From positions 22,341-86,340 of IMG/VR virus record IMGVR_UViG_3300034071_002576: 64,000 nt of DNA; one strand, given 5' to 3'. Shown here piece by piece: positions 19,672-27,182 of this stretch. Positions within the stretch are counted from its first letter, which is position 1. The number at the start of each line of letters is the position of its first letter. A program made the translations under genes and the position numbers. The stretch is from a virus. Under the pieces are notes generated by a model. It was not told the origin of the DNA and searched no databases. It was given only the letters and a program-made list of their open reading frames with translations.

Positions 19672-19947
19672 TCAGCGACAGAGGTAATCTGCGCGTTGCC
19701 ACCCGACTAAGCCGTTGTATTCGACTTTGTACCATCGCATATTGTCTCCTCCCCACACCCAAGTGAGCACGCGAACGTAGACTTCTGCGGGGATTGATGC
19801 AATCACATAGTTGCTGCGGCTCGGGCCGTTGCGTAGGTTGACTGAACTGTTTGGATCTCGAGTGCACGTCATCGCGTACGATTGTGCATCAGCCGAGGGT
19901 GCCCACGTGGTGAACATGAGCGCTGCGATTGCTAGCAGTTTGTTCAT
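19672..19947 (-). CDS. secreted bacterial SH3 (SH3b) domain protein
   Basis: Signal peptide; VNLRNGPS...WYKVEYNGLVGW. Confidence 0.8.
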   Translation of the reverse strand: MNKLLAIAALMFTTWAPSADAQSYAMTCTRDPNSSVNLRNGPSRSNYVIASIPAEVYVRVLTWVWGGDNMRWYKVEYNGLVGWQRADYLCR

Positions 19948-19971
19948 TGGTTTAGTTATTTGATTTTGAGT

Positions 19972-20169
19972 TTAGTCTTCGTCAGGGAAGATAAAGTTTT
20001 CATGGAGGTTACCCATGGTGCAGTTAACGATTGATTCGATTACTGCCTCCTCTGAAGGATTTTCTGTGTGTTTGTGTGCACGGTGGTACCCTCGGCGTAC
20101 GCCAGCTTCGATTGTCTCTTCGAAAAGTTTGTAGAAACGAGGAGTGAGCACGGTCAGCGTCCCTCCCAA
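19972..20169 (-). CDS. hypothetical protein
   Basis: IEAGVRRGYHRAHKHTENP small phage ORF. Confidence 0.55.
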   Translation of the reverse strand: MGGTLTVLTPRFYKLFEETIEAGVRRGYHRAHKHTENPSEEAVIESIVNCTMGNLHENFIFPDED

Positions 20170-20363
20170 AGTTTGTCAGTAAATTGCCAGATGTAAGCTA
20201 CGAGAAGTTCGTCAACTTCCAGGCCAGCGTACTCGGCTTCCCTTTTAAACTTGTCGTCGAATAGAAGATGAATGAGTTTGGGTGAGATTTGAAGAGCCAC
20301 CTCATCTCTGAAGGCTACTTTGTACTCGTCTGCAGTTAGTTCAATTGCCGGGAACATGGTCAT
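20154..20363 (-). CDS. hypothetical protein
   Basis: 69-aa ORF. Confidence 0.5.
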   Translation of the reverse strand: MTMFPAIELTADEYKVAFRDEVALQISPKLIHLLFDDKFKREAEYAGLEVDELLVAYIWQFTDKLWEGR

Positions 20364-20518
20364 CTGTGTTTGAAAAAAACGTCAGCGTACAGGCAGAGAA
20401 TCCCTGAGATCGTGAAGATAAGATTCCAGGGAAAGACTGGTGTGCATGCTGTGAGCACAAAGCATACAGCAGCCAGCACCAGGCAGAGATTAAATTGTGT
20501 TCGGTGAGACATTTAGTG

Positions 20519-20773
20519 TTACAACCTTCTGTTTTCGATTTGGTCTGCGATGAGCGCGAGCTGACTGTGGATCAGTGCGACCCTGTGGCGATAACCTCTG
20601 TCGTACTCGGTGTTTGTTTTAGATTCTGGTTTAGGTAGCGTTTGAAGCAAGGCTCTCAGAGCATCGGCTAGCGCTGTTTCCGGCGTAGTCGCATCCTCGA
20701 AAGCTACGTAAATAGAATGTGCGGCTTGTTTGACAAGTCGATCGTAGGGAGACATGCTATGTGCGGGGTGCAT
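20519..20773 (-). CDS. hypothetical protein
   Basis: 84-aa ORF. Confidence 0.5.
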   Translation of the reverse strand: MHPAHSMSPYDRLVKQAAHSIYVAFEDATTPETALADALRALLQTLPKPESKTNTEYDRGYRHRVALIHSQLALIADQIENRRL

Positions 20774-20848
20774 GTTTTTAGTAGTTGGCTTTAGCTGGAT
20801 TCCTAATAAACAACTTTTATTGAGAATCCTTATGGCTTATGTAGTGTC

Positions 20849-21028
20849 TCACTGGGCTTCAAGTTCGTTGGCTATGGCAAGTGAGGGACCAAGGGTTTCA
20901 AGCCAACACAACATGCACCAGTGCCCTTCGTGGCCTTCGATGTCGCTGCTGATGTAGTGCCTGTGCGTACCGTGCTTGGGGCAGACAATTTGCTTCTGAG
21001 AAATTTTGAGATTCATAAAGTCAGTCAT
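20849..21028 (-). CDS. small zinc-binding protein
   Basis: CPKHG...WCMLC; start overlaps upstream stop. Confidence 0.5.
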   Translation of the reverse strand: MTDFMNLKISQKQIVCPKHGTHRHYISSDIEGHEGHWCMLCWLETLGPSLAIANELEAQ

Positions 21029-21359
21029 CGAGTTGCTCCAGTGCGCGGCGGATGGTGTCGAAACGTTGAGACCACTCCGCTTCCGTTGAACCAAGGTCAG
21101 CTTCGGCAAGGGCCTGCAGCGCCTGCTCCTTCAAGCTCGGCGGCTTGGGGCGGCGTGCGGCGCGGAGTGCGTTTGCACCAATATTGGGATAGTCATGCTG
21201 TAGCCACTCACAGCACGCCTCCAGCTCCTGATTAGCTCCCCAACGTGCAGCTAATGTTGCAAACTCGCCTGGGTTGGGTGGTCGCTGAGGCAGCGGCTTG
21301 GCCAACTCAATCCAGTCTTCCACCAGCTCCGGCGGTGGGGTAATGGGGTGATCAGTCAT
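21021..21359 (-). CDS. HPITPPPELV-family paralog (copy 4)
   Basis: HPITPPPELV, WGANQELEACCEW, RRPKPPSLKEQAL. Confidence 0.7.
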   Translation of the reverse strand: MTDHPITPPPELVEDWIELAKPLPQRPPNPGEFATLAARWGANQELEACCEWLQHDYPNIGANALRAARRPKPPSLKEQALQALAEADLGSTEAEWSQRFDTIRRALEQLDD

Positions 21360-21696
21360 CGAGTTGCTCCAGTGCGCGGCGAATGGTGTCGCACACGAGA
21401 TCGCCACCGTGAGACATTCGGAATACGGCTGCAATTCCATCCAACTGCTCTAACGCCTGCTTCTTCAAGCTCGGCGGTTTAGGCCGGCGTGCGGCGCGGA
21501 GTTCGTCGTGCGCCCAGTACGTTTGTTTGCTTTTAACCCACTCACAGCACGCCTCCAGCTCTTGATCTGCGCCCCATTGGGCGGCGCGGGTGGCAATAAG
21601 TTCTGGGCCGGTGCAGCTCGGCTTGGCCTTGATGTACTCGTCCGTCCACTTCTGCACCAGCTCCAGTGATGGGGTAATGGGATGTTGTTGTGTCAT
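21352..21696 (-). CDS. HPITPPPELV-family paralog (copy 3)
   Basis: Same three motifs. Confidence 0.7.
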   Translation of the reverse strand: MTQQHPITPSLELVQKWTDEYIKAKPSCTGPELIATRAAQWGADQELEACCEWVKSKQTYWAHDELRAARRPKPPSLKKQALEQLDGIAAVFRMSHGGDLVCDTIRRALEQLDD

Positions 21697-21715
21697 GGGT
21701 GATTAGTGGTAATGG

Positions 21716-21910
21716 CTACTCGGCTTCTGGTTCGTAAGGCTGCGGCACTACGGCGTGCATCGCGTCGAGCAACATCTTTTCGTGCTGCTCGTAACCCCAT
21801 TGGGCAGCGCGGGCGGCTAGCTGCTGCTTCCACGATGTGGATTCATCGTCTATCGCGTCATACCACTGCTCAACCAGCTCCGGCGGTGGGGTAATGGGGT
21901 GATCAGTCAT
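21716..21910 (-). CDS. HPITPPPELV-family paralog (copy 2, short)
   Basis: N-terminal motif and AAQWG, unrelated C-terminus. Confidence 0.65.
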   Translation of the reverse strand: MTDHPITPPPELVEQWYDAIDDESTSWKQQLAARAAQWGYEQHEKMLLDAMHAVVPQPYEPEAE

Positions 21911-22232
21911 TGAGCTGCTCCAGTGCGCGGCGGATGGTGGCGAGATCTTTCATACCGTCAGAGAAAAACTCGCCGGTTGATTCAATACGACTTAACCCCA
22001 TCAGCGCCTGCTCCTTCAAGCTCGGCGGCTTGGGGCGGCGGCTGGCGCGGAGTTCCCTGCTCTTGATTCCCGACCACTTCGAATCCACCCACTCACAGCA
22101 CGCCTCTAGCTCTTGGTCTGCACCCCACTGGGCAATAAGGAAGGCAACCGTATTCCAGTCGGCAGGCAAATGTGCCCACTGCTGCACCAGCTCCGGCGGA
22201 GGATTAATCGGGTTGTTGTTGTTGGCAGTCAT
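21903..22232 (-). CDS. HPITPPPELV-family paralog (copy 1)
   Basis: Same three motifs. Confidence 0.7.
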   Translation of the reverse strand: MTANNNNPINPPPELVQQWAHLPADWNTVAFLIAQWGADQELEACCEWVDSKWSGIKSRELRASRRPKPPSLKEQALMGLSRIESTGEFFSDGMKDLATIRRALEQLND

Positions 22233-22419
22233 GAGAAAGAGAAGTGTGTAGAGCTAATCGGCGTGCTTCCAAGCTGTTCCTGGCTGGTGTCTACGCAAAA
22301 ACTCAACTAGCAGATAGTGAGCCTCGCCAGCATCTTCAATGAACTGGCCGAGATAGTGAAATCCTTTGCCGTCAATGCGGATTATTTCGGATGTGCCGTC
22401 GCCAAGCACGATGTTGTTG

Positions 22420-22758
22420 TCATTCATTGTTTGAAAGTTTGTCGTCGAGGGCTTTGATTACCTTAGTTACACATTCCCACGGATCTGGATAGTCTGCAGA
22501 CACGGGGATGTGCGTCACGGTATCGCGTAAATGATACAGCAAGCCGAGCCAGGTTTCCTCATCGAGAGTGACTGTGATTTTCTGAATGGGTTTGTCGACT
22601 AAAAGCCATTCGTACTTAGGGACTGCAGCTCTGCAGTTTTGGCATACAAGCCCCTGCCAAGAGAAGTGAAAAACTCTAAATTCGCTGTTGCAGTGAGGGC
22701 ATTGAAGTAGTCTGCCGCGGGATCCGGCCCGCGTGGTTTTAGTGACAGAGGCTTGCAT
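22420..22758 (-). CDS. zinc-ribbon protein
   Basis: CPHC...HFSW...CQNC. Confidence 0.6.
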   Translation of the reverse strand: MQASVTKTTRAGSRGRLLQCPHCNSEFRVFHFSWQGLVCQNCRAAVPKYEWLLVDKPIQKITVTLDEETWLGLLYHLRDTVTHIPVSADYPDPWECVTKVIKALDDKLSNNE

Positions 22759-22762
22759 GGCT

Positions 22763-22957
22763 TTACTTAAAAGGGTTTGTCCAATTGTTGATTTGTGAGT
22801 CGCTGATGTGCCGTTGCTTATGCAGGAAATCGATGTAGTCATTAAAGGCACAACATTTGGCGGTTCGATCTCCTCGCAGCGTGGGGTTGTGGTCTAGCCG
22901 ATCATGCCACAGATCACGGAAGTTAGAAACCACTTGCTGTTTAGTTAGGGTGTGCAT
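22763..22957 (-). CDS. small hypothetical protein
   Basis: 64-aa ORF in gene order. Confidence 0.6.
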   Translation of the reverse strand: MHTLTKQQVVSNFRDLWHDRLDHNPTLRGDRTAKCCAFNDYIDFLHKQRHISDSQINNWTNPFK

Positions 22958-23032
22958 TGTGTTGTGTGATGTTCAAGTTAAGTTGTACGGCGCCCGCAGT
23001 GAGGGAAGCGAGCGCGTATGATAGGTTTCTAA

Positions 23033-23401
23033 TTAGCTGACGGGTTGCGCTACATCCGTGCGCTCGAATATGTAAGGAGTGTTTGATTCAAATTCGAAGT
23101 CAGGTGCATTAACAGGTAAGCCATACCATTTGTAGTTGCGCTGATAAATGCCGGAGCCGCAAAACTTACGCAGGATTGCGTTGATGCGCGATTTCGTCGT
23201 TGCTGTCGGATAACCGCAGTCACTTACAGTGACGCTGTCGGGTGTGATCTGTGCGATGGGGCTGTTGTGTAGGTATACAGTCGCGCGGTCGATGATCTTG
23301 TCACCGTGGGCGAAGTAAGTAACAGCCACCCGTGTGTTGTCGCAGCTCCAATCTTTACGGGATGCAACTGCAATCAGCATCTGTGCTTCAATCTTCCTCA
23401 T
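23033..23401 (-). CDS. hypothetical protein
   Basis: MRKIEAQM...TTKSRINA...GIYQRNYKW. Confidence 0.65.
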   Translation of the reverse strand: MRKIEAQMLIAVASRKDWSCDNTRVAVTYFAHGDKIIDRATVYLHNSPIAQITPDSVTVSDCGYPTATTKSRINAILRKFCGSGIYQRNYKWYGLPVNAPDFEFESNTPYIFERTDVAQPVS

Positions 23402-23597
23402 TGGTCTGCTCCTGTTCATTGATAAGTTCTCTGAGTTGGGCGATTGCATCCTGCAGCCGATAAGATCGTGCGGCTGATGATGAATCGTCGAGTGCACACT
23501 CTAAATTCCATAGCGCATCCTTTGCGTCTTCGATTGTTAGGAACGTATCGGTTGCGTAGTGCACACCGTATTCGTCAGTTTGAATTAGTGAGATCAT
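23388..23597 (-). CDS. hypothetical protein
   Basis: ORF overlapping neighbours. Confidence 0.5.
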   Translation of the reverse strand: MISLIQTDEYGVHYATDTFLTIEDAKDALWNLECALDDSSSAARSYRLQDAIAQLRELINEQEQTNEED

Positions 23598-23821
23598 CAG
23601 ATCATTCCGTGAGAGTCTACGTAAGCTTGGATGTCCGCATCTGATGGTTCCCATCCTTCGATGTACTCAAGTGCGGGAATGACTTCGTCTTCGATTTTGT
23701 CGACAATGTCAGGCGGAAGTGTGCAGTCATTCTGCACTAATTGCTTGAACCGAGCGAGCGCGTGGTAAGTGAGGGAGTAACAGTCCAAAGCGTACAGATC
23801 GAAAGGGATGTGATTAGGCAT
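23597..23821 (-). CDS. hypothetical protein
   Basis: 74-aa ORF. Confidence 0.55.
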   Translation of the reverse strand: MPNHIPFDLYALDCYSLTYHALARFKQLVQNDCTLPPDIVDKIEDEVIPALEYIEGWEPSDADIQAYVDSHGMI

Positions 23822-23845
23822 GATGTTGGTGTAACTGTGTGAGTT

Positions 23846-23861
23846 GGCCCCGCGTTAGCGG
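23846..23861 (-). repeat. 16-nt motif CCGCTAACGCGGGGCC, copy 1
   Basis: Identical at 24630..24645 and 25168..25183. Confidence 0.9.
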
Positions 23862-24052
23862 AGAGAGTTACAGGCTGCTGGTGTGATGTTGACTGCGGTG
23901 ATGTTGCCTTCAATAGACAACAACACATCGTCAATTCTGTTGATGGTTGCATCGCAATCTCTGAACTGATCGGGATACTTAGTGGCGAGACTCAGTAGTT
24001 CTCCGCGGTAGGTAATGAGTGCGGTGCGGACTGTAGTTGCGGCGATCATCAT
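23855..24052 (-). CDS. hypothetical protein
   Basis: 65-aa ORF. Confidence 0.5.
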   Translation of the reverse strand: MMIAATTVRTALITYRGELLSLATKYPDQFRDCDATINRIDDVLLSIEGNITAVNITPAACNSLR

Positions 24053-24108
24053 GGCTGTTGTTTGTGTTGTTTGATCTCTTCAATCAAGTCGCTTGTCTGT
24101 TGATCGTT

Positions 24109-24276
24109 TCATTGGTCGCGCCAAGCTTTGCAACAACGTGAGCTCACATAATACTCTGCAGAGTAGTCTGCGAGTTTGTATTCGTGAAGCATAGTGTTAG
24201 CTTCCCTGCGAGATTCGAACTCGTCGATGGTCTCCAGGTAGTTGTGATTGATGGAGCGGCGTTGAATGTAGAACAT
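24109..24276 (-). CDS. small hypothetical protein (55 aa)
   Basis: Manual translation MFYIQRRSINHNYLETIDEFESRREANTMLHEY...CKAWRDQ. Confidence 0.55.
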   Translation of the reverse strand: MFYIQRRSINHNYLETIDEFESRREANTMLHEYKLADYSAEYYVSSRCCKAWRDQ

Positions 24277-24285
24277 GTCTCTGGG

Positions 24286-24603
24286 TTAGTAGCTGATTGA
24301 AACTGTTGCGATGCCGTCGATTGGTACACCCAAGCGATAGGCTGCGCCTGCAGATAGATCAATGCTGTTGCAGTCGCAGCGGTCAGTAATAGGTACAGTG
24401 AGCACTCTGCCGCCGTGACGTACGCGAACTTGTGTGCCACACGGTAACCACGGGTGCGCAGCAGACACGCCCCAATGTTGGTATGTTTGCCCACAGTATG
24501 TCTCTCTGGCGTGATACCACTCGTGGTATACAGTTGCAGTCACTGGGCGAGCACTAACTGGGTTAGTGAGCAGCAAAGGAAACAACAATAGCAATCGTTT
24601 CAT
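24286..24603 (-). CDS. RlpA-like double-psi beta-barrel protein (lytic transglycosylase family), secreted
   Basis: Signal peptide; SAAHPWLPCGTQVRV, ITDR, IDLSAGAAYRLG. Confidence 0.85.
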   Translation of the reverse strand: MKRLLLLFPLLLTNPVSARPVTATVYHEWYHARETYCGQTYQHWGVSAAHPWLPCGTQVRVRHGGRVLTVPITDRCDCNSIDLSAGAAYRLGVPIDGIATVSISY

Positions 24604-24629
24604 GTGAAGTTGAAGTGGTTGTGTGCGTC

Positions 24630-24645
24630 GGCCCCGCGTTAGCGG
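24630..24645 (-). repeat. 16-nt motif, copy 2
   Basis: Exact copy. Confidence 0.9.
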
Positions 24646-24652
24646 GAAGGAA

Positions 24653-24856
24653 TTAGTTAACGAGATTGACGAATGTGATTGCGTTAATGCACCATCCAGT
24701 TTCGTCTGTGATGCTTTCGATTAAGTCATCATCATCGTCGGCGTCCCAATCTCCAGACATGACACTGTTTACGATGTCCTGCTGTTCCTCCAGCGTGGGG
24801 GAGTAGTCATCGTCTGTTGTGAAGTCGAAGTCAATCGAGAGAACTTTAAATAGCAT
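24653..24856 (-). CDS. acidic hypothetical protein
   Basis: IDFDF...DDDLIESITDETGWCI. Confidence 0.55.
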   Translation of the reverse strand: MLFKVLSIDFDFTTDDDYSPTLEEQQDIVNSVMSGDWDADDDDDLIESITDETGWCINAITFVNLVN

Positions 24857-24864
24857 TGTTGTGC

Positions 24865-25149
24865 TCACTGTTCGGGCCATTCGTGACCATCGGGAACTTC
24901 CCACAAATCCCCATCTTGATGTAGCCTCCAGATTACACCTCGTTTATCCTTGCATTCGTAGTTAGTTAGGATTGCATCCCAAGCTTCCCAATACCACTCG
25001 TGATCAGGGCCTGCCTGACACACCTGCACATCGTCGAAGCTGATGTTAGCTTGCTTGGCGCATTCTTCATCTGCACTATTGCAGAACAGTTGCGGGATGT
25101 AGACACCATTTGTGTCTAACAGTAAGAGATGAGGTTCGTTCATGTTCAA
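24865..25149 (-). CDS. hypothetical protein
   Basis: GVYIPQ, GPDHEWYWEAW, LHQDGDLW. Confidence 0.65.
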   Translation of the reverse strand: MNMNEPHLLLLDTNGVYIPQLFCNSADEECAKQANISFDDVQVCQAGPDHEWYWEAWDAILTNYECKDKRGVIWRLHQDGDLWEVPDGHEWPEQ

Positions 25150-25167
25150 GAGATAACTAGATGAATT

Positions 25168-25183
25168 GGCCCCGCGTTAGCGG
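25168..25183 (-). repeat. 16-nt motif, copy 3
   Basis: Exact copy. Confidence 0.9.
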
Positions 25184-25189
25184 GAGAGG

Positions 25190-25432
25190 TTACTTGAAAT
25201 TGTCCGGTACAGCGTGGGCGAGGGTAGACCAAAAGCTTTCACGTTCGCGCTTCCAGATCTCGAACCATCCCGCACCGTTACCCGAACAATGCGCATCGGA
25301 CATACGTTGTCTTGCACATTGTGCGATGTTGTACCTGCGCAGGCTGCAGATACCTGGCGGCGGAGTGTATGTGTACTCGCAACCGTCAGTGTCTATGTAG
25401 GTAGGATCTTGCATTGTGTACATGGTGATCAC
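25190..25432 (-). CDS. hypothetical protein
   Basis: 80-aa ORF. Confidence 0.5.
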   Translation of the reverse strand: MITMYTMQDPTYIDTDGCEYTYTPPPGICSLRRYNIAQCARQRMSDAHCSGNGAGWFEIWKRERESFWSTLAHAVPDNFK

Positions 25433-25740
25433 CAGAAGTTACCTAGACGAAACTCAGAAACGAAAGCGTGGGCAATAGACTCTGCGGCTGCGAGTCTCTC
25501 AGGTTTGGGGAATGCAGTGTTCCAAGCTGTTGTCATGGAACCGACTTCGCGTTGATAATCTTTGGCGGCTGGCACTAACAAGTAGCGCTCAACATACGCA
25601 ATCGCGCGGTCTAGATTGAAAGTACCTTTCTGGTAGAACTTAGACAAAGTTTTGCCCACACTGTTGTAGTGAGCCTCTGAGAAGTTGAGCGCGTAAAGTT
25701 CCAACTCACGCGCAGCGATTGTGCAGATTGTGGTGGCCAT
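25429..25740 (-). CDS. hypothetical protein
   Basis: 103-aa ORF. Confidence 0.6.
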   Translation of the reverse strand: MATTICTIAARELELYALNFSEAHYNSVGKTLSKFYQKGTFNLDRAIAYVERYLLVPAAKDYQREVGSMTTAWNTAFPKPERLAAAESIAHAFVSEFRLGNFW

Positions 25741-25756
25741 GATGATAGGAGTTTGA

Positions 25757-25927
25757 TCAGTAGTTGTAGGAAGGGAAGTTAGGCTCAGACTCGATAAGCT
25801 CTAGGTATGTGTACACGTTCTGCATACTCCAAGACTTATAGAACTCGTGTTGATTGTTGTCGCGACGATCACACCAGTTGAGTGAGTCGTAATCAATAGC
25901 GATCACGTCGATGTAGTAGTTAGTCAT
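25757..25927 (-). CDS. small hypothetical protein
   Basis: Manual translation MTNYYIDVIAIDYD... (56 aa). Confidence 0.4.
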   Translation of the reverse strand: MTNYYIDVIAIDYDSLNWCDRRDNNQHEFYKSWSMQNVYTYLELIESEPNFPSYNY

Positions 25928-25929
25928 GA

Positions 25930-26091
25930 TCAGATCTGCAGGGCGAATGTTTGGAATGCGTCAAGGAAGTTGTAGAAGTCTTCCTGCTCTATAGGATCAA
26001 TCTCGCCAGACTCAGCGAGTCGATTAAGTGCAGCGAGAGTAAACTCAACCTCACGGCGATTGACGAAGTTAAATAGTGGAATGGATTGCAT
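25930..26091 (-). CDS. small hypothetical protein
   Basis: Manual translation MQSIPLFNFVNRREVEF... (53 aa). Confidence 0.45.
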   Translation of the reverse strand: MQSIPLFNFVNRREVEFTLAALNRLAESGEIDPIEQEDFYNFLDAFQTFALQI

Positions 26092-26093
26092 GA

Positions 26094-26354
26094 TCAATCA
26101 AGGTAAAGGCTTACGATACGTTCGTTGTATGCGTCACGATTCTTGTCGTCGTCATACCAATCGTCCATAGCTTGCATGTCAGCTTCGAACTGCAATCGTT
26201 GCGTGATGTTGTCTTGCTCTTGCTCAAGTGGCCGCATCGTTAGATACAACTCGTTTACAAGATCCCAATCCTCAGCCTTGCGAGCGTTGAGTTGCCGCGT
26301 GGCCAACACGTCGAGCTGATCAGTAAGTTCATCTAGGCGAGCTTGAATGTTCAC
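26094..26354 (-). CDS. hypothetical coiled-coil protein
   Basis: 86-aa ORF. Confidence 0.55.
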   Translation of the reverse strand: MNIQARLDELTDQLDVLATRQLNARKAEDWDLVNELYLTMRPLEQEQDNITQRLQFEADMQAMDDWYDDDKNRDAYNERIVSLYLD

Positions 26355-26605
26355 TTAATGCCTCCGTTGTTGATGAAGTCTTTGCACTCGGAAACTGAAT
26401 CGAACTTAGCCGCAAGGCTGACAAGATCTACATAGCCATCGGCAACTTTAAAGGGAACGTACTTACCGACTCTGTAGATTCTGTGTGCAGCTGTGGAGTC
26501 GGTGGGCTCACTGATCTCGCCGACAATCTCACCATCAAGGTGTACAAGCTCTCGATACCAACTAACAGTGTTAGGGAAGTGTGCAGGAGTGTAGGTGTAA
26601 TCCAT
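26351..26605 (-). CDS. hypothetical protein
   Basis: 84-aa ORF. Confidence 0.55.
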   Translation of the reverse strand: MDYTYTPAHFPNTVSWYRELVHLDGEIVGEISEPTDSTAAHRIYRVGKYVPFKVADGYVDLVSLAAKFDSVSECKDFINNGGIK

Positions 26606-26636
26606 TGGGGATAAGTTGCGATGGTGTTAGTTACAG

Positions 26637-26840
26637 TCAGAAGTTGCGATTAACCCAGTCCATAAACTCAGTCTTGCCATGATGTTTAAAACCACCGCCA
26701 TAGCAAAGGCCGCCACGGAAGTTAGTTACGTTGTAACCCTGGCCGGTAACCTTACGATCCATGCAATACCAGCGGAAGCCTTGGACATAGAAACCTTGCG
26801 CAGTAAGTAACTCGCGGGCCTGTTTAACTGTTGTGATCAT
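26637..26840 (-). CDS. hypothetical protein
   Basis: 67-aa ORF. Confidence 0.55.
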   Translation of the reverse strand: MITTVKQARELLTAQGFYVQGFRWYCMDRKVTGQGYNVTNFRGGLCYGGGFKHHGKTEFMDWVNRNF

Positions 26841-26876
26841 GATCAGATAGCAATGGGATTGGGTTGGTTACAGTTA

Positions 26877-27182
26877 TCAGCAGGAGTAGCGGCCGACGAC
26901 AACATCGTTGCCGCACAGTTTGATCAACAAACCGCTAAAGCATGAGTCGCTAGTGATACCGTGCCAACCCTTAAAGACTCCGTCAGGGTTAGTGTTCCGC
27001 ATGAAGTCAGACAAACTGTGATACTGTCCGCGATACTTAAAGAATGAACAGCTATGATCAAACTCATTAGCATCCATCCAGTCGTATTCTTGGCGGAGTT
27101 TGGCACGCTCAGGCTGCGATAGTTCGCAAGCAAAGAACAGCCGGCGCGGTTGGTTGTTGGTCTTAATAGTCAGTTCAGTCAT
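26877..27182 (-). CDS. hypothetical protein, first gene after the non-coding region
   Basis: FFKYRGQYHSLSDFM, GWHG...DS.FSG. Confidence 0.65.
   Translation of the reverse strand: MTELTIKTNNQPRRLFFACELSQPERAKLRQEYDWMDANEFDHSCSFFKYRGQYHSLSDFMRNTNPDGVFKGWHGITSDSCFSGLLIKLCGNDVVVGRYSC

Noticed and set aside
24207-24222. T-arm-like CGAG-TTCGAAT-CTCG on the minus strand
   Set aside because: Lies inside the small CDS 24109..24276 (DEFES) with no acceptor stem
21021-25183. Possible CRISPR array from repeated motifs
   Set aside because: Repeats are coding or hundreds of bp apart with genes between; no regular spacers and no cas operon
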